Of a DNA stretch of 64,000 nucleotides, positions 1 through 8,903 are shown piece after piece (the first letter of the stretch is position 1; each line of letters begins with the position of its first letter). Made by a program: the position numbers and the translations under genes. The notes under the pieces were generated by a model. It made no database searches. It was given only the letters and a program-made list of their open reading frames with translations, and had not been told where the DNA came from. The DNA comes from a bacterium (GTDB lineage: Bacteria; Chloroflexota; Dormibacteria; Aeolococcales; Bog-877), in contig JAKAXE010000005.1 in NCBI GenBank assembly GCA_021816695.1, forward strand, positions 5-64,004. Reading direction: 5' to 3'.

Positions 1-689
1 ATCCCGTTGACCACGAATCCGCTCCGTGCCAGTAGATAGACGGCGGCCTGCCCCAAGAGCGACGCCAGTCCCACGGTGATTAGGGGGAACACCCAGAGCA
101 GAAGGCTGCGGTAAGTCAGTAGAAGCAGCACCGTCACCACCAGAACCGTTGCCAGGAGCAGGACCCCGTCGATCCCGGAGAAGGCGGAGGCCGTGTCCGC
201 CAGAACAGCGGCCGGGCCCCCAACGCCGGTGGAGACTCCGGGGGGTGCACTGGCCAATGCCGATCTCAGGCGGCTGACGTCGGTGGCCACTGCGGTAGCC
301 GAAGTTCCGGCCTGGAGCGCCACCTCGATAATGGCCCCACGGCGGCTGGCGGATACCGCGACCGGCAGGACGGCGCTCACGCCCAGCAACCTGAGCCCGT
401 CAATGTGCGACTTCAGCGAGTGGGCATAGGCCAGGTCCGATTCGCTGAGGCCCCGAGCCCGGTAGAGAACTGCCAGAGCCGCCAATCTATTGAGGTCGGG
501 AAACCGTGACTCGAGTTCGGACACCACGGTCGACGGGGCGCCTGAGGGGACAAAGCTCGCCTGACTGTTCTGCTCCACCGCGGCCAGCTTGGACGAGAAC
601 GGGACCAGGGCCGACGCCCCCAGCAGCCAGACGACGATCACAATCCACTTCGAACGGCGGCCGGTGATCAGTGACGCAAACCACTTCAT
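1..689 (-). CDS. MMPL-domain (MmpL/RND superfamily) membrane transporter, N-terminal part; the 3' end runs off the window start
   Basis: Not in the ORF track because the stop lies beyond position 1. My minus-strand translation from the ATG at 689-687 gives MKWFASLITGRRSKWIVIVVWLLGASALVPFSSKLAAVEQNSQASFVPSGAPS...LLLLTYRSLLLWVFPLITVGLASLLGQAAVYLLARSGFVVNG. This is a typical MmpL N-terminus: TM1, an extracytoplasmic loop, then TM helices. A GGGAAG SD-like box lies 9 nt upstream. The neighbour is a divergent TetR gene. Confidence 0.8.
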   Translation of the reverse strand, partial: MKWFASLITGRRSKWIVIVVWLLGASALVPFSSKLAAVEQNSQASFVPSGAPSTVVSELESRFPDLNRLAALAVLYRARGLSESDLAYAHSLKSHIDGLRLLGVSAVLPVAVSASRRGAIIEVALQAGTSATAVATDVSRLRSALASAPPGVSTGVGGPAAVLADTASAFSGIDGVLLLATVLVVTVLLLLTYRSLLLWVFPLITVGLASLLGQAAVYLLARSGFVVNG

Positions 690-748
690 ATGGAGACTTC
701 CCGTAGCTTCGGACCCAGGCAGGCGTCCGACGATTCACATGAAGTATA

Positions 749-778
749 CAGAGTGTCTATAGTGCGTCAGAGTGTCTA
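749..778. promoter_or_regulatory. Duplicated 11-bp motif CAGAGTGTCTA (749-759 and 768-778) in the AT-richer MMPL/TetR divergent intergenic region; candidate TetR operator plus a TATAGT -10-like box
   Basis: Read directly from the sequence: acCAGAGTGTCTAtagtgcgtCAGAGTGTCTAacgag. TATAGT (758-763) ends 8 nt before the GTG start of the TetR gene at 772. The second repeat copy overlaps that start codon. Confidence 0.35.
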
Positions 779-1419
779 ACGAGCACCCGCCCCGCCCATC
801 AGGCCGCCCGGGAGCAGAGGGGGCGTGGGATGCGACCCTCTCCCGCCATCGTTCCCGCAACCGGGAGCGGATCGCCGCCACGGCGATGGAGCTGATCGGC
901 GAGCAGGGACTGGCGCACGTCAGCATGTCCTCCCTGGCGGAACGCGCCGGAGTTTCGCGGGCCACTCTCTACCACTATTTCCCGGACTTGGACCATGTGC
1001 TGCTGGCCTGGGTGGAGCTACAGGTGGACCGCTTCGTTTCGCGGGTCGAGCTGTTGGCCGGCGAGGAGCCGGACCCACGAGCTCGGCTGACTCTCATCAT
1101 TGCCCAGCTGACCGACTACTTCGCCAGCCGCGACCACCGTCTTGGGCTGGAGCAGCTCGGCACGCTGGCGGTCGCCCCTGTCACTGCCAGAGCCGTCGCA
1201 GAGCGGATGTCCCCGCTCATGGAGCTGGTCTCCGACTGCCTGCGCACCGGGCAGAGAATGGGGCAGTTCCGTGCGGAACTGGACCCCGAGGTTCACGCTT
1301 CCCTGATCCTGGGTCTTTTGGGAGCAATGCGGCCCCACCTCGTGTCCGGACGCTACGCGCCAGGTGCCGCAGCGCGTGCCGTGAGCTCGCTGGTGCTGGA
1401 CGGGGTGACGCGGAGGTAG
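772..1419 (+). CDS. TetR/AcrR-family transcriptional regulator
   Basis: Track ORF with a GTG start. It has the N-terminal TetR helix-turn-helix RERIAATAMELIGEQGLAHVSMSSLAERAGVSRATLYHYFPDLDHVLLAW. It is divergent from the MMPL transporter gene. Confidence 0.9.
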   Translation: MSNEHPPRPSGRPGAEGAWDATLSRHRSRNRERIAATAMELIGEQGLAHVSMSSLAERAGVSRATLYHYFPDLDHVLLAWVELQVDRFVSRVELLAGEEPDPRARLTLIIAQLTDYFASRDHRLGLEQLGTLAVAPVTARAVAERMSPLMELVSDCLRTGQRMGQFRAELDPEVHASLILGLLGAMRPHLVSGRYAPGAAARAVSSLVLDGVTRR

Positions 1420-1489
1420 GAGCGGGCCGCGCCGGCTGGGGATGCAGGAGCATCCCGGATGCGGCAGCGCACCCCGCCTGACGAGCCGC

Positions 1490-2164
1490 TCAGACGTCCA
1501 GCTGAGAGGTGCGGACCCTTGAGGTCAGACCATCTCCCGGTGGGCCGAAAAGGCGGTCTCCGGCGTCCCCCAGCCCCGGGACGATGTACCCACGTGCGTC
1601 CAGGTGGGGGTCCACAGCGGCGCACCACACCTCCACCTCCGGGGCCTCGGCATGGAAGCGCTCCAGGCCCGGTCGGCTGGCCACCAGGCTGAGGACCTGG
1701 ACCCGAGCCGCCCGCCGCCTCTCCACGAATCGAACCGCCTCGACGAGCGAGCCCCCGGTGGCCAGCATGGGGTCGCAGACCACAACCCGCCGCCCTGACA
1801 GATCGGCCGGGAGCCCATCGAGGTAGCAGACAGCGGCCAGAGTCGATTCGTCCCGCTTCAACCCCAGGTGCGCGACATCACAGGTAGGGGCCACCAACTG
1901 GATTCCCGGCACCATCCCGAGCCCGGCTCGGAGGATAGGCACGAGCAGCGGCGCCTCCACGATTTCGAGGCACTCTCCCTCCCCCACCGGGGTGCGGACG
2001 GTGACGGGCCCAGTCTCCAGATCACCAAGCGCCTCGAAGGCGAGGAACCCGGCCACCTCGGCGACCAGCTCCCGGAAGCGGGAGCGGGGGGTCGCCTCGG
2101 CCCGCAGGTGGCCGAGGCGATCGGCCACGGTGGGGTGGCGGCACACGTGAACCCAGTCGTCCAT
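1490..2164 (-). CDS. upp: Uracil phosphoribosyltransferase
   Basis: Track ORF 1490..2293 trimmed to the ATG at 2164 ([11 protein letters not shown]...). It carries the PRPP-binding motif RRVVVCDPMLATGGS and the C-terminal YIVPGLGDAGDRLFG. Its ATG shares one base with the TGA of the upstream TetR gene (TGATG). Confidence 0.9.
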   Translation of the reverse strand: MDDWVHVCRHPTVADRLGHLRAEATPRSRFRELVAEVAGFLAFEALGDLETGPVTVRTPVGEGECLEIVEAPLLVPILRAGLGMVPGIQLVAPTCDVAHLGLKRDESTLAAVCYLDGLPADLSGRRVVVCDPMLATGGSLVEAVRFVERRRAARVQVLSLVASRPGLERFHAEAPEVEVWCAAVDPHLDARGYIVPGLGDAGDRLFGPPGDGLTSRVRTSQLDV

Positions 2165-2838
2165 CAGTCGATCTTCGCGCCGCCAGCCCCGGCGGCGCCG
2201 GCACGGGCCGCCCCGGAGATGCCATGGAGGCCCACCGAGGCCGCCATGCGGGCCAGGTCGGCCGCCGACAGAGGCCCCCCGGGCCGGTACCACTCGCTGA
2301 TGGAGTTGACCATCCCGAGGAGGAGCCGGGCGCCCAGACCCGGCTCCAGCCCCTGGCGGAGCCCTCCGGTGCTGGCCGTCGCCGCCACCAGCTCCGCCAC
2401 CTCCCGGTCGAAGTGGCGTCGGCGCTCCAGCGCCCAGAGCTCCGTCCGCGAGTTCCCGCGCACCCGAAGCAGGAGCGTGACGTACGGCAATTCGTCGACC
2501 AGCACCTCGACCGTTCGCCGCAGCAGGTGCTCCAAGCGAGCGGGAGGTGGGCCCAGGCGCGCCTGCTCCTCCTCGAGGACCGCGAAGAGGGCATCAAGGG
2601 CTCGGCTCAGGGCCCGATGCAGGATGGCCTCCTTGCTGGCGAAGTGGTGGTAGATAGAGGACTTGCCCAATCCCGCCGCCTTGCCCAGCTGGGCCATGCT
2701 GGTCGCTTCGAAGCCACGTAGGATGAATTGCTGGACCGCGACCTCGAGCAGGCGGTCCGGGTCATACCGCGGCCGCTTTTTCGCGGCACCCCGAACTCGG
2801 TCAGCCACGTCGCCAAGTATGGGGCCGCAAATTGACAC
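2164..2838 (-). CDS. TetR-family transcriptional regulator, PaaR-like by position (divergent from paaA)
   Basis: Track ORF. It has the [55 protein letters not shown] start at 2838 is possible; an alternative GTG at 2808 ([13 protein letters not shown]...) would leave both palindromes in the intergenic region. Confidence 0.85.
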   Translation of the reverse strand: MSICGPILGDVADRVRGAAKKRPRYDPDRLLEVAVQQFILRGFEATSMAQLGKAAGLGKSSIYHHFASKEAILHRALSRALDALFAVLEEEQARLGPPPARLEHLLRRTVEVLVDELPYVTLLLRVRGNSRTELWALERRRHFDREVAELVAATASTGGLRQGLEPGLGARLLLGMVNSISEWYRPGGPLSAADLARMAASVGLHGISGAARAGAAGAGGAKID

Positions 2839-2864
2839 CGACTGCGGTCCGGTCCAAAATGGGA

Positions 2865-2878
2865 ACCGAACGACCGGT
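2865..2878. promoter_or_regulatory. Candidate PaaR operator: ACCGAACGACCGGT (ACCG-NN-CG-NN-CGGT), containing the perfect 10-bp palindrome CGACCGGTCG
   Basis: Read directly. The site lies 17 nt upstream of the paaA ATG, just before the GGAAAGGAG SD. A second, shorter ACCG-N4-CGGT element sits at 2837-2848. The core matches my recollection of the Corynebacterium PaaR box (ACTNACCGNNCGNNCGGTNAGT). Confidence 0.45.
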
Positions 2879-2894
2879 CGGGAAAGGAGCAGCC

Positions 2895-3848
2895 ATGCCC
2901 CCCACCAACTCCGACGAAAGCCGGAACCTAGCCTTCCAGCAAGCCATCGACGCAGACCGCACGGTGGAGCCCCGCGACTGGATGCCGGAGCGGTACCGGA
3001 GCACCATGATCCGCCAGATCGCCCAGCACGCCCACTCCGAGATCATCGGGATGCAGCCCGAGGGCAACTGGATCACCCGCGCCCCCTCCCTGCGGCGCAA
3101 GGCCATCCTCCTGGCCAAGGTCCAGGACGAGGCCGGTCACGGTCTCTACCTGTACGCAGCCGCCGAGACCCTGGGAGTGGGGCGCGGTGAACTGACCGAA
3201 CTTCTCATCACCGGCCGGCAGAAGTATTCCAGCATCTTCAACTACCCGACCCAGACCTGGGCCGACGTGGGAGCGATCGGCTGGCTGGTAGATGGTGCCG
3301 CCATCACCAACCAGCTCGCCCTCACCAAGACCTCCTACGGGCCGTACGCCCGGGCCATGGTGCGGATCTGCCGAGAGGAGTCCTTCCATCAACGCCAGGG
3401 CTTCGAGTTGCTGTCCGAGCTGTCCCGCGGCACCGTGGCGCAGCATGAGATGGCTCAGGATGCGGTCAACCGCTGGTGGTGGCCGGCATTGATGATGTTC
3501 GGGCCACCGGACACCGAATCGCCCAACACGGCCCAGTCGATGGCCTGGAAGATCAAGCGCGTCAGCAACGACGAGCTGCGCCAGCGCTTCGTGGACATGA
3601 CGGTCCCCCAGGCCCAGGCGCTCGCCCTGGACCTGCCCGACCCGCAACTGCGCTGGAACGAGGCTCGCGGCCACTACGACTTCGGTCCCATCGACTGGGA
3701 GGAGTTTCGCCAGGTGGTTGGGGGCCACGGTGCCTGCAACGCGCAACGGATCGCGGTTCGCCGGGCGGCCGACGAGGATGGTGCCTGGGTCCGCGAGGCG
3801 GCCCGAGCATGGGAGGTCCGGCAGAACAGCCGGACTTCCGCAGCGTGA
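2895..3848 (+). CDS. paaA: 1,2-phenylacetyl-CoA epoxidase, catalytic subunit A
   Basis: Track ORF 2832..3848 trimmed to the ATG at 2895, which follows the GGAAAGGAG SD. Diiron oxygenase motifs are present: [49 protein letters not shown] and EESFHQRQG. At 317 aa the size matches PaaA. Confidence 0.93.
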   Translation: MPPTNSDESRNLAFQQAIDADRTVEPRDWMPERYRSTMIRQIAQHAHSEIIGMQPEGNWITRAPSLRRKAILLAKVQDEAGHGLYLYAAAETLGVGRGELTELLITGRQKYSSIFNYPTQTWADVGAIGWLVDGAAITNQLALTKTSYGPYARAMVRICREESFHQRQGFELLSELSRGTVAQHEMAQDAVNRWWWPALMMFGPPDTESPNTAQSMAWKIKRVSNDELRQRFVDMTVPQAQALALDLPDPQLRWNEARGHYDFGPIDWEEFRQVVGGHGACNAQRIAVRRAADEDGAWVREAARAWEVRQNSRTSAA

Positions 3849-4132
3849 GCCACGCAGAGGACTGGCCGCTCTGGGAGGTGTTCATCAGGGGACGGCGTGG
3901 GCTCTCCCACCAACACGTGGGGTCCCTGCATGCTCCGGATCCGGAACTGGCTCTGCAGAACGCCCGTGATCTCTACACCCGGAGGGGTGAGGGCGTCTCC
4001 ATCTGGGTTGTCCGCTCCACCGAGGTGCACGCCTCGGACCCGGACGATCAGGGTCCGCTATTCGATCCACCCTCCGACAAGGCCTACCGGCACCCGACCT
4101 TCTACACGGTGCCCGAGGACCTCCAGCTTTGA
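3845..4132 (+). CDS. paaB: 1,2-phenylacetyl-CoA epoxidase, subunit B
   Basis: This is the C-terminal part of track ORF 3476..4132. A GTG at 3845 overlaps the paaA stop (GTGA). The 95-aa product is [53 protein letters not shown]... Confidence 0.9.
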   Translation: MSHAEDWPLWEVFIRGRRGLSHQHVGSLHAPDPELALQNARDLYTRRGEGVSIWVVRSTEVHASDPDDQGPLFDPPSDKAYRHPTFYTVPEDLQL

Positions 4133-4899
4133 CCGCAGGGGTGGCCGGGCTCTCGGTGGTCGACCTTCGGGAGGTGGCCCTTGGGTTTGGCGACGATTGC
4201 CTGGTCCTCTCCCACCGGCTGGCTGAGTGGACCACCCATGCGCCCGAGCTGGAGGAGGAGATGGCCCTCGCCAACCTCGCCCTGGACCTCCTGGGACAGG
4301 CGCGGTCCCTCTTGACCCTGGCCGGCGAGGCTGACGGTAGAGACGAGGACCAACTCGCCTACTGGCGAGATGACCGCGACTTCCGCAACCTGCTCCTGGT
4401 GGAGCAGCCCAACGGGGACTTTGCCGTGACCATGACCCGCCAGCTGCTTTTCTCCACCTTCCAGGAGCTTCTGTACCGTTGGATGGTCACCGGGACGGAG
4501 CCGCGGCTTGCTGCCATCGCCGCCAAGGGTGTAATGGAGGCGCGGTATCACGTTGAGCACGCCCGCCTCTGGGTCCAACGGCTGGGTGGGGGTACCGAGG
4601 AGAGCCACCGCAGGATGTGCCGGGCGCTGGATCTGCTCTGGCCCTATACCGAGGAGCTCTTCGAGCCCACCGAGTCCTGGTCTCGCGCCGCTGACCAGGG
4701 TGCGGTGCCGCCACTCTCCTCGATCGAGGAGCCGTGGCGGCACTCGATTGAGTCTCTGCTGGTGGACTCGGGCCTTGAGATCCCGGGGTTCCCGGCCTGG
4801 CAGTCCGGGGGCCGCCTGGGGCGACATTCCGAGCACCTCGGCCATCTCCTCGCGGAGATGCAGCACCTGCACCGCTCCCACCCCAATGCCAGCTGGTGA
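4129..4899 (+). CDS. paaC: 1,2-phenylacetyl-CoA epoxidase, subunit C
   Basis: Track ORF. A TTG start overlaps the paaB stop (TTGA). The sequence FGDDCLVLSHRLAEWTTHAPELEEEMALANLALDLLGQARSLL...YWRDDRDFRNLLLVEQPNGDFAVTM is typical of PaaC. Confidence 0.9.
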   Translation: MTAGVAGLSVVDLREVALGFGDDCLVLSHRLAEWTTHAPELEEEMALANLALDLLGQARSLLTLAGEADGRDEDQLAYWRDDRDFRNLLLVEQPNGDFAVTMTRQLLFSTFQELLYRWMVTGTEPRLAAIAAKGVMEARYHVEHARLWVQRLGGGTEESHRRMCRALDLLWPYTEELFEPTESWSRAADQGAVPPLSSIEEPWRHSIESLLVDSGLEIPGFPAWQSGGRLGRHSEHLGHLLAEMQHLHRSHPNASW

Positions 4900-5365
4900 G
4901 GAGCTGGCCCGGAGGCTGGCCGCCGAAGTGCCGGATCCTGAGCTCCCCTTCCTCACGCTGGGGGATCTAGGAATCCTCCGACGGGTGGAGGTGAACCTGG
5001 AGGGCGCGGTTCGCGTGGTGCTGACTCCGACGTACTCAGGATGCCCCGCCGTCCACCACATGGCCGACGAGGTGCGCCGCACGCTGATGGCGGCGGGATT
5101 CCCGGCGGTTCAGGTGGACACCGAGCTGTCCCCCGCCTGGAGCACGGACCGGCTCGGACCACACGCCCGGGAAAAGCTGGAGGCGATGGGCATAGCCCCT
5201 CCCCCACCCATGGGCAAGGCTCCGGTGGCGCTCACCCTCAAGTGCCCGCACTGTGGTTCGCTCCGGACCGGGGAGCTCAGCCACTTCGGCGCCACCGCCT
5301 GCAAGTCGCTCTGGCGCTGCCAGGAATGCGGCGAGCCCTTCGAACACTTCAAGGCCCTGCGGTGA
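4886..5365 (+). CDS. paaD: Phenylacetate-CoA oxygenase subunit PaaD (Fe-S assembly SUF-like domain plus a C-terminal Cys cluster)
   Basis: This is the C-terminal part of track ORF 4553..5365. The ATG at 4886 overlaps the paaC end by 14 nt. Supporting sequence: VPDPELPFLTLGDLGILRRVEV...TPTYSGCPA...KCPHCGSLRTGELSHFGATACKSLWRCQECGEPFEHFKAL. Confidence 0.88.
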   Translation: MPAGEELARRLAAEVPDPELPFLTLGDLGILRRVEVNLEGAVRVVLTPTYSGCPAVHHMADEVRRTLMAAGFPAVQVDTELSPAWSTDRLGPHAREKLEAMGIAPPPPMGKAPVALTLKCPHCGSLRTGELSHFGATACKSLWRCQECGEPFEHFKALR

Positions 5366-6465
5366 TAGCCCCCGTGGAGCTGGCCCGGGGTAGGGCCCGG
5401 GGCAACTTCCACCAGCTGGCGGTCTCCGAGATCCAGCGGGTGGCGGAGGATGCCGTGGCCGTGACCTTCGAGACCCCCGCCGACCTGAGGGAGGTCTTCC
5501 AGTTCCGGGCCGGGCAGCACCTGACTCTGCGCTTTGAACTGGCAGACGGGGAGCAGCGCCGCTCCTACTCCATCTGCAGCCCAGCCCCTCAGGGACCACT
5601 CAGGGTCGGGGTGAGAAGGCTACCCGGGGGCCTGGTCTCCACCCACATCCACGACCACCTTCGGGTGGGGGACCTGGTGGACGTGATGCCCCCGGCCGGC
5701 TCGTTCACCCTGGCGCAGAGCCAGCCGCTCGGACGGTTGGTGGCGCTGGCGGCTGGGTCCGGGATCACCCCGGTGCTCTCCCTGGTGGACACCGCGTTGC
5801 GGACCGACCCGGCCGCCGAGTTCACGGTCGCCTACTCCAATCGCTCAGTGGGATCGACCATGTTTCTGGACGAGCTGGCGGAGCTGAAGGACCGCTGGCC
5901 GGCGCGGGTGCAGCTGTTCCACCTCTTCTCCCGGGAACCCCAGACTGTGGCGGCCCACAATGGGAGGCTCGACCCCGCCCGGCTCAGAGGCCTGATCGAG
6001 GAGATCGGAAGGCCCGAGTCCGTCTCCACCTGGTACCTCTGCGGCCCTCTGGGAATGGTGGGGAACGCCCAGCAGGTCCTGGGTGAGGCCGGGATCGCCC
6101 TGGAGAAGGTGAGGCGGGAGCTCTTCTTCGTCGAGGACGAGCCTCCCGTTCGCTCCGCCGCCGAGGCGGTGGAGCTAGCCCGCCCAGGCGAGGTGACCGT
6201 TCGGGCGCGCCTCAATGGGCGCGAGACGACCTTCAGCACCCGCCGCGACCTCGCTCTCGTCGATGGGCTGGCAGCCGTCCGCGAGGATGCCCCGTTCTCC
6301 TGCAAGGGGGGCGTCTGCGCCACCTGCCGCGCGCGCCTGCTGGAGGGTCGGGTCGTGATGGACCACACCTACGCCCTGGACGCCAGCGACAGGGAGAACG
6401 GCTTCGTGCTGACCTGCCAGGCTCACCCCCTCACCGACCTGATCGTGCTCGACTACGACGCCTGA
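5362..6465 (+). CDS. paaE: Phenylacetate-CoA oxygenase reductase subunit (FAD/NAD-binding ferredoxin reductase plus a 2Fe-2S ferredoxin domain)
   Basis: This is the C-terminal part of track ORF 5041..6465. A GTG at 5362 overlaps the paaD stop (GTGA). It has the flavin motif RRSYSICS and the plant-type ferredoxin cluster CKGGVCATCRARLLEG...C. The product is 367 aa. Confidence 0.9.
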   Translation: MIAPVELARGRARGNFHQLAVSEIQRVAEDAVAVTFETPADLREVFQFRAGQHLTLRFELADGEQRRSYSICSPAPQGPLRVGVRRLPGGLVSTHIHDHLRVGDLVDVMPPAGSFTLAQSQPLGRLVALAAGSGITPVLSLVDTALRTDPAAEFTVAYSNRSVGSTMFLDELAELKDRWPARVQLFHLFSREPQTVAAHNGRLDPARLRGLIEEIGRPESVSTWYLCGPLGMVGNAQQVLGEAGIALEKVRRELFFVEDEPPVRSAAEAVELARPGEVTVRARLNGRETTFSTRRDLALVDGLAAVREDAPFSCKGGVCATCRARLLEGRVVMDHTYALDASDRENGFVLTCQAHPLTDLIVLDYDA

Positions 6466-6588
6466 GGGGGTGAGACTCCGCTCGCTCGGCCAGGTGTAAT
6501 CCAGGGGGCAGCCCGGATGGTGCCGATGGGATCATAGAAGCGATCACGTGGAACCAGCTCCACGACGCCCGGTTCTGGAGGGCCCCAG

Positions 6589-7884
6589 GTGAATACTGGC
6601 ATCGCCGATCTTAGGGCGCGAGAGATCCTCGACTCGCGCGGCAATCCCACTGTGGAGGTGGAGGCCCTCTTGGAGGGCGGGGCCTTCGCCCGGGCCGCGG
6701 TGCCTTCAGGGGCATCGACCGGGAGCAAGGAGGCGGTGGAGCTGCGCGACGGCGAGCAGGGCCGCTATGGGGGCAAGGGGGTCAGACGGGCTCTCGCCGA
6801 AGTTCAAGGTTCGATCCTCCCGGCGCTCCGGGGGATGGACGCCAGCCACCAGGCTCAGATCGACGAGACGCTCATCGGCCTGGATGGCACCTCCAACAAG
6901 GGACGGATCGGCGCCAACGTCATCCTCGGGGTCTCCGTCGCCTGTGCCCGCGCCGCGGCCCAAGCGACCGGTCTCCCCCTCTACCGGTACCTGGGAGGAG
7001 TGGGCGCTAACCGCCTCCCGGTCCCGATGATGAACATCCTCAACGGGGGGGTTCACGCCCATTGGCAGGGGGCGGACTTCCAGGAGTTCATGATCGCCCC
7101 CTACGGCGCTCCCGACTTCGCCGAGGCGCTGAGATGGGGGTCGGAGATCTACCGGGCACTGCAGTCCGAGCTGGTCGCCAGGGAGATGTCAGTGGGTGTC
7201 GGGGATGAGGGGGGATTCGCTCCCAAGGTGCGGTCCAACCGGGAGCCGCTGGATCTCATCGTGGCCGCCGTCGAGAAGGCGGGACTGCGCCCGGGCGCGG
7301 ATGTGGGTATCGCCATGGACCCGGCGTCCAGTGAGTTCCACCGAGACGGTCGCTACCACCTGGGTCGAGACGGCCTGGAGCTGAGCTCGGAGGAGATGGC
7401 CAGCTACTACTCCGAGCTGGTCGCCGAGTACCCCATCTGCCTTCTGGAGGATGGCTTGGCCGAGGACGACTGGGATGGCTGGAAGGTCCTCAACCGGCTG
7501 CTCGGGCAGACCATCGAGCTGGTGGGGGACGACCTCTTCTGCACCAACCCGGCACTCATCCAGCGGGGGATCGACGAGGACGTGGCCAACGCCGCGCTCA
7601 TCAAGCTGAACCAGATCGGCACCCTCTCCGAGACCGTCGCCGCGACCCGGCTGGCGCAGTTCCACGGCTGGGGCGCCTTCGTCTCCCATCGCTCGGGTGA
7701 GACCGTCGACAGCTTCATCGCGGACCTGACCGTGGCGCTGGACACGGGCCATCTGAAGTCAGGCGCTCCATCCCGCGGCGAGCGTGTGGAGAAGTACAAC
7801 CAGCTCCTGCGGATCGAGGAAGAGCTGGGATCCCAGGCCCAGTTCGCGGGCAAGTCAGCGTTCTCCCGCCCGGTCCGCTTCTAG
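6589..7884 (+). CDS. eno: Enolase (phosphopyruvate hydratase)
   Basis: Track ORF. Supporting motifs are REILDSRGNPTVEVEALLEGGAFARAAVPSGASTGSKEAVELRDG, LIKLNQIGTLSET and SHRSGETVDSFIADL. Confidence 0.95.
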   Translation: MNTGIADLRAREILDSRGNPTVEVEALLEGGAFARAAVPSGASTGSKEAVELRDGEQGRYGGKGVRRALAEVQGSILPALRGMDASHQAQIDETLIGLDGTSNKGRIGANVILGVSVACARAAAQATGLPLYRYLGGVGANRLPVPMMNILNGGVHAHWQGADFQEFMIAPYGAPDFAEALRWGSEIYRALQSELVAREMSVGVGDEGGFAPKVRSNREPLDLIVAAVEKAGLRPGADVGIAMDPASSEFHRDGRYHLGRDGLELSSEEMASYYSELVAEYPICLLEDGLAEDDWDGWKVLNRLLGQTIELVGDDLFCTNPALIQRGIDEDVANAALIKLNQIGTLSETVAATRLAQFHGWGAFVSHRSGETVDSFIADLTVALDTGHLKSGAPSRGERVEKYNQLLRIEEELGSQAQFAGKSAFSRPVRF

Positions 7885-7911
7885 GCTTACCCCACCTCCG
7901 ACGCCACCAGG

Positions 7912-8892
7912 TCAGCCGAAGAGCCGTCGCAGCCGGTAGCGGCGCCGGGCGTATGCATAGGCGATCAGGCCGGCCGCGGTGGCCACTCCCTGGTCGGCCA
8001 CCCGCTGCATCAGGGCCACAGCCGTGGCGGGCGCCGGAGGTAGGCCAGCGACGATCAGGATGCCGGCGAAGGTGGCCTCGGAGGCCCCGAGCCCTCCGGG
8101 GATCAGGCTGATCGCCCCGCCGATGCTGGCCACCGCGTACACCGATGCCGCCTCCGGCCAGCTGAGCCGCCCGGGAGCCAGAGCGCTGAGCACGAGCCAA
8201 AAGACCGTGCTCATCGCCACCACCTGGGCCAGACCGATGAAGGACCAGCCCAGGGTGTCGGGCCGGTGGAGCAGCTCCACGGTCTCGGCGTGCAGCTCGT
8301 CCAGGGGATCGAGGAGCCGGCGAACCCCCAGGACCCGCTCCCCGATAGCGTGTAGTAGGTGGAACAGCGGGGGCACAGTGAGAACGGCCAGGGCCAATCC
8401 CGCCACCACCACCGCGACGATCGGGATCGCCGGATTGACGTGAAACTCGAATAGCCCCGGCACAGCGACAACCACCAGGAGCAGGCCATAGATCAACTCC
8501 TGGACCGTGACCGTGGCCAGGACGTCGCTGAAGGGCGCCCGGGCTTGACGCGCGGCCAGCACCACCCGGGTCAGCTCCCCCAGCGGCAGCAGCGTCGTGA
8601 CCTGGCCGGCGAGGTTGATGGACACCGTCTCGCCCCAGCCGAGGTGCACGCCGACGTCCCGCAGAAGGAACTGCCAGCGCACCCCCTGAAGGGTGTAGTA
8701 GGCCACCGAGCAGGCGACGATGGCCGGGATCAGGGCCAGGTCGAAATGCTCCAGCGAGCTGCCCACCTTGCTGGGGTCGATCACCAGGATCAGGGCGGCC
8801 ACACCGGCGAGGCCCACCGCGCCGGCGATCCAAGTCCCCAGCCTACGGCGCCCGCGCTGCCGGCCGCCGTCCTCCAGGCTCATGGGCTGCAC
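7912..8892 (-). CDS. Flippase-like / LPG-synthase-TM (UPF0104) family integral membrane protein
   Basis: Track ORF. It is a multi-TM protein with a family-typical N-terminus: RRRLGTWIAGAVGLAGVAALILVIDPSKVGSSLEHFDLALIPAIVACSVAYYTLQGVRWQFLLR. Confidence 0.7.
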   Translation of the reverse strand: MQPMSLEDGGRQRGRRRLGTWIAGAVGLAGVAALILVIDPSKVGSSLEHFDLALIPAIVACSVAYYTLQGVRWQFLLRDVGVHLGWGETVSINLAGQVTTLLPLGELTRVVLAARQARAPFSDVLATVTVQELIYGLLLVVVAVPGLFEFHVNPAIPIVAVVVAGLALAVLTVPPLFHLLHAIGERVLGVRRLLDPLDELHAETVELLHRPDTLGWSFIGLAQVVAMSTVFWLVLSALAPGRLSWPEAASVYAVASIGGAISLIPGGLGASEATFAGILIVAGLPPAPATAVALMQRVADQGVATAAGLIAYAYARRRYRLRRLFG

Positions 8893-8903
8893 GCCCCTCT
8901 CCG

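Noticed and set aside
7715-8833. 372-aa minus-strand ORF overlapping the flippase-like gene
   Set aside because: It is an alternative frame of the same strand. The product is Arg/Gly/Pro-rich and non-membrane. The 7912..8892 frame gives a coherent multi-TM protein.
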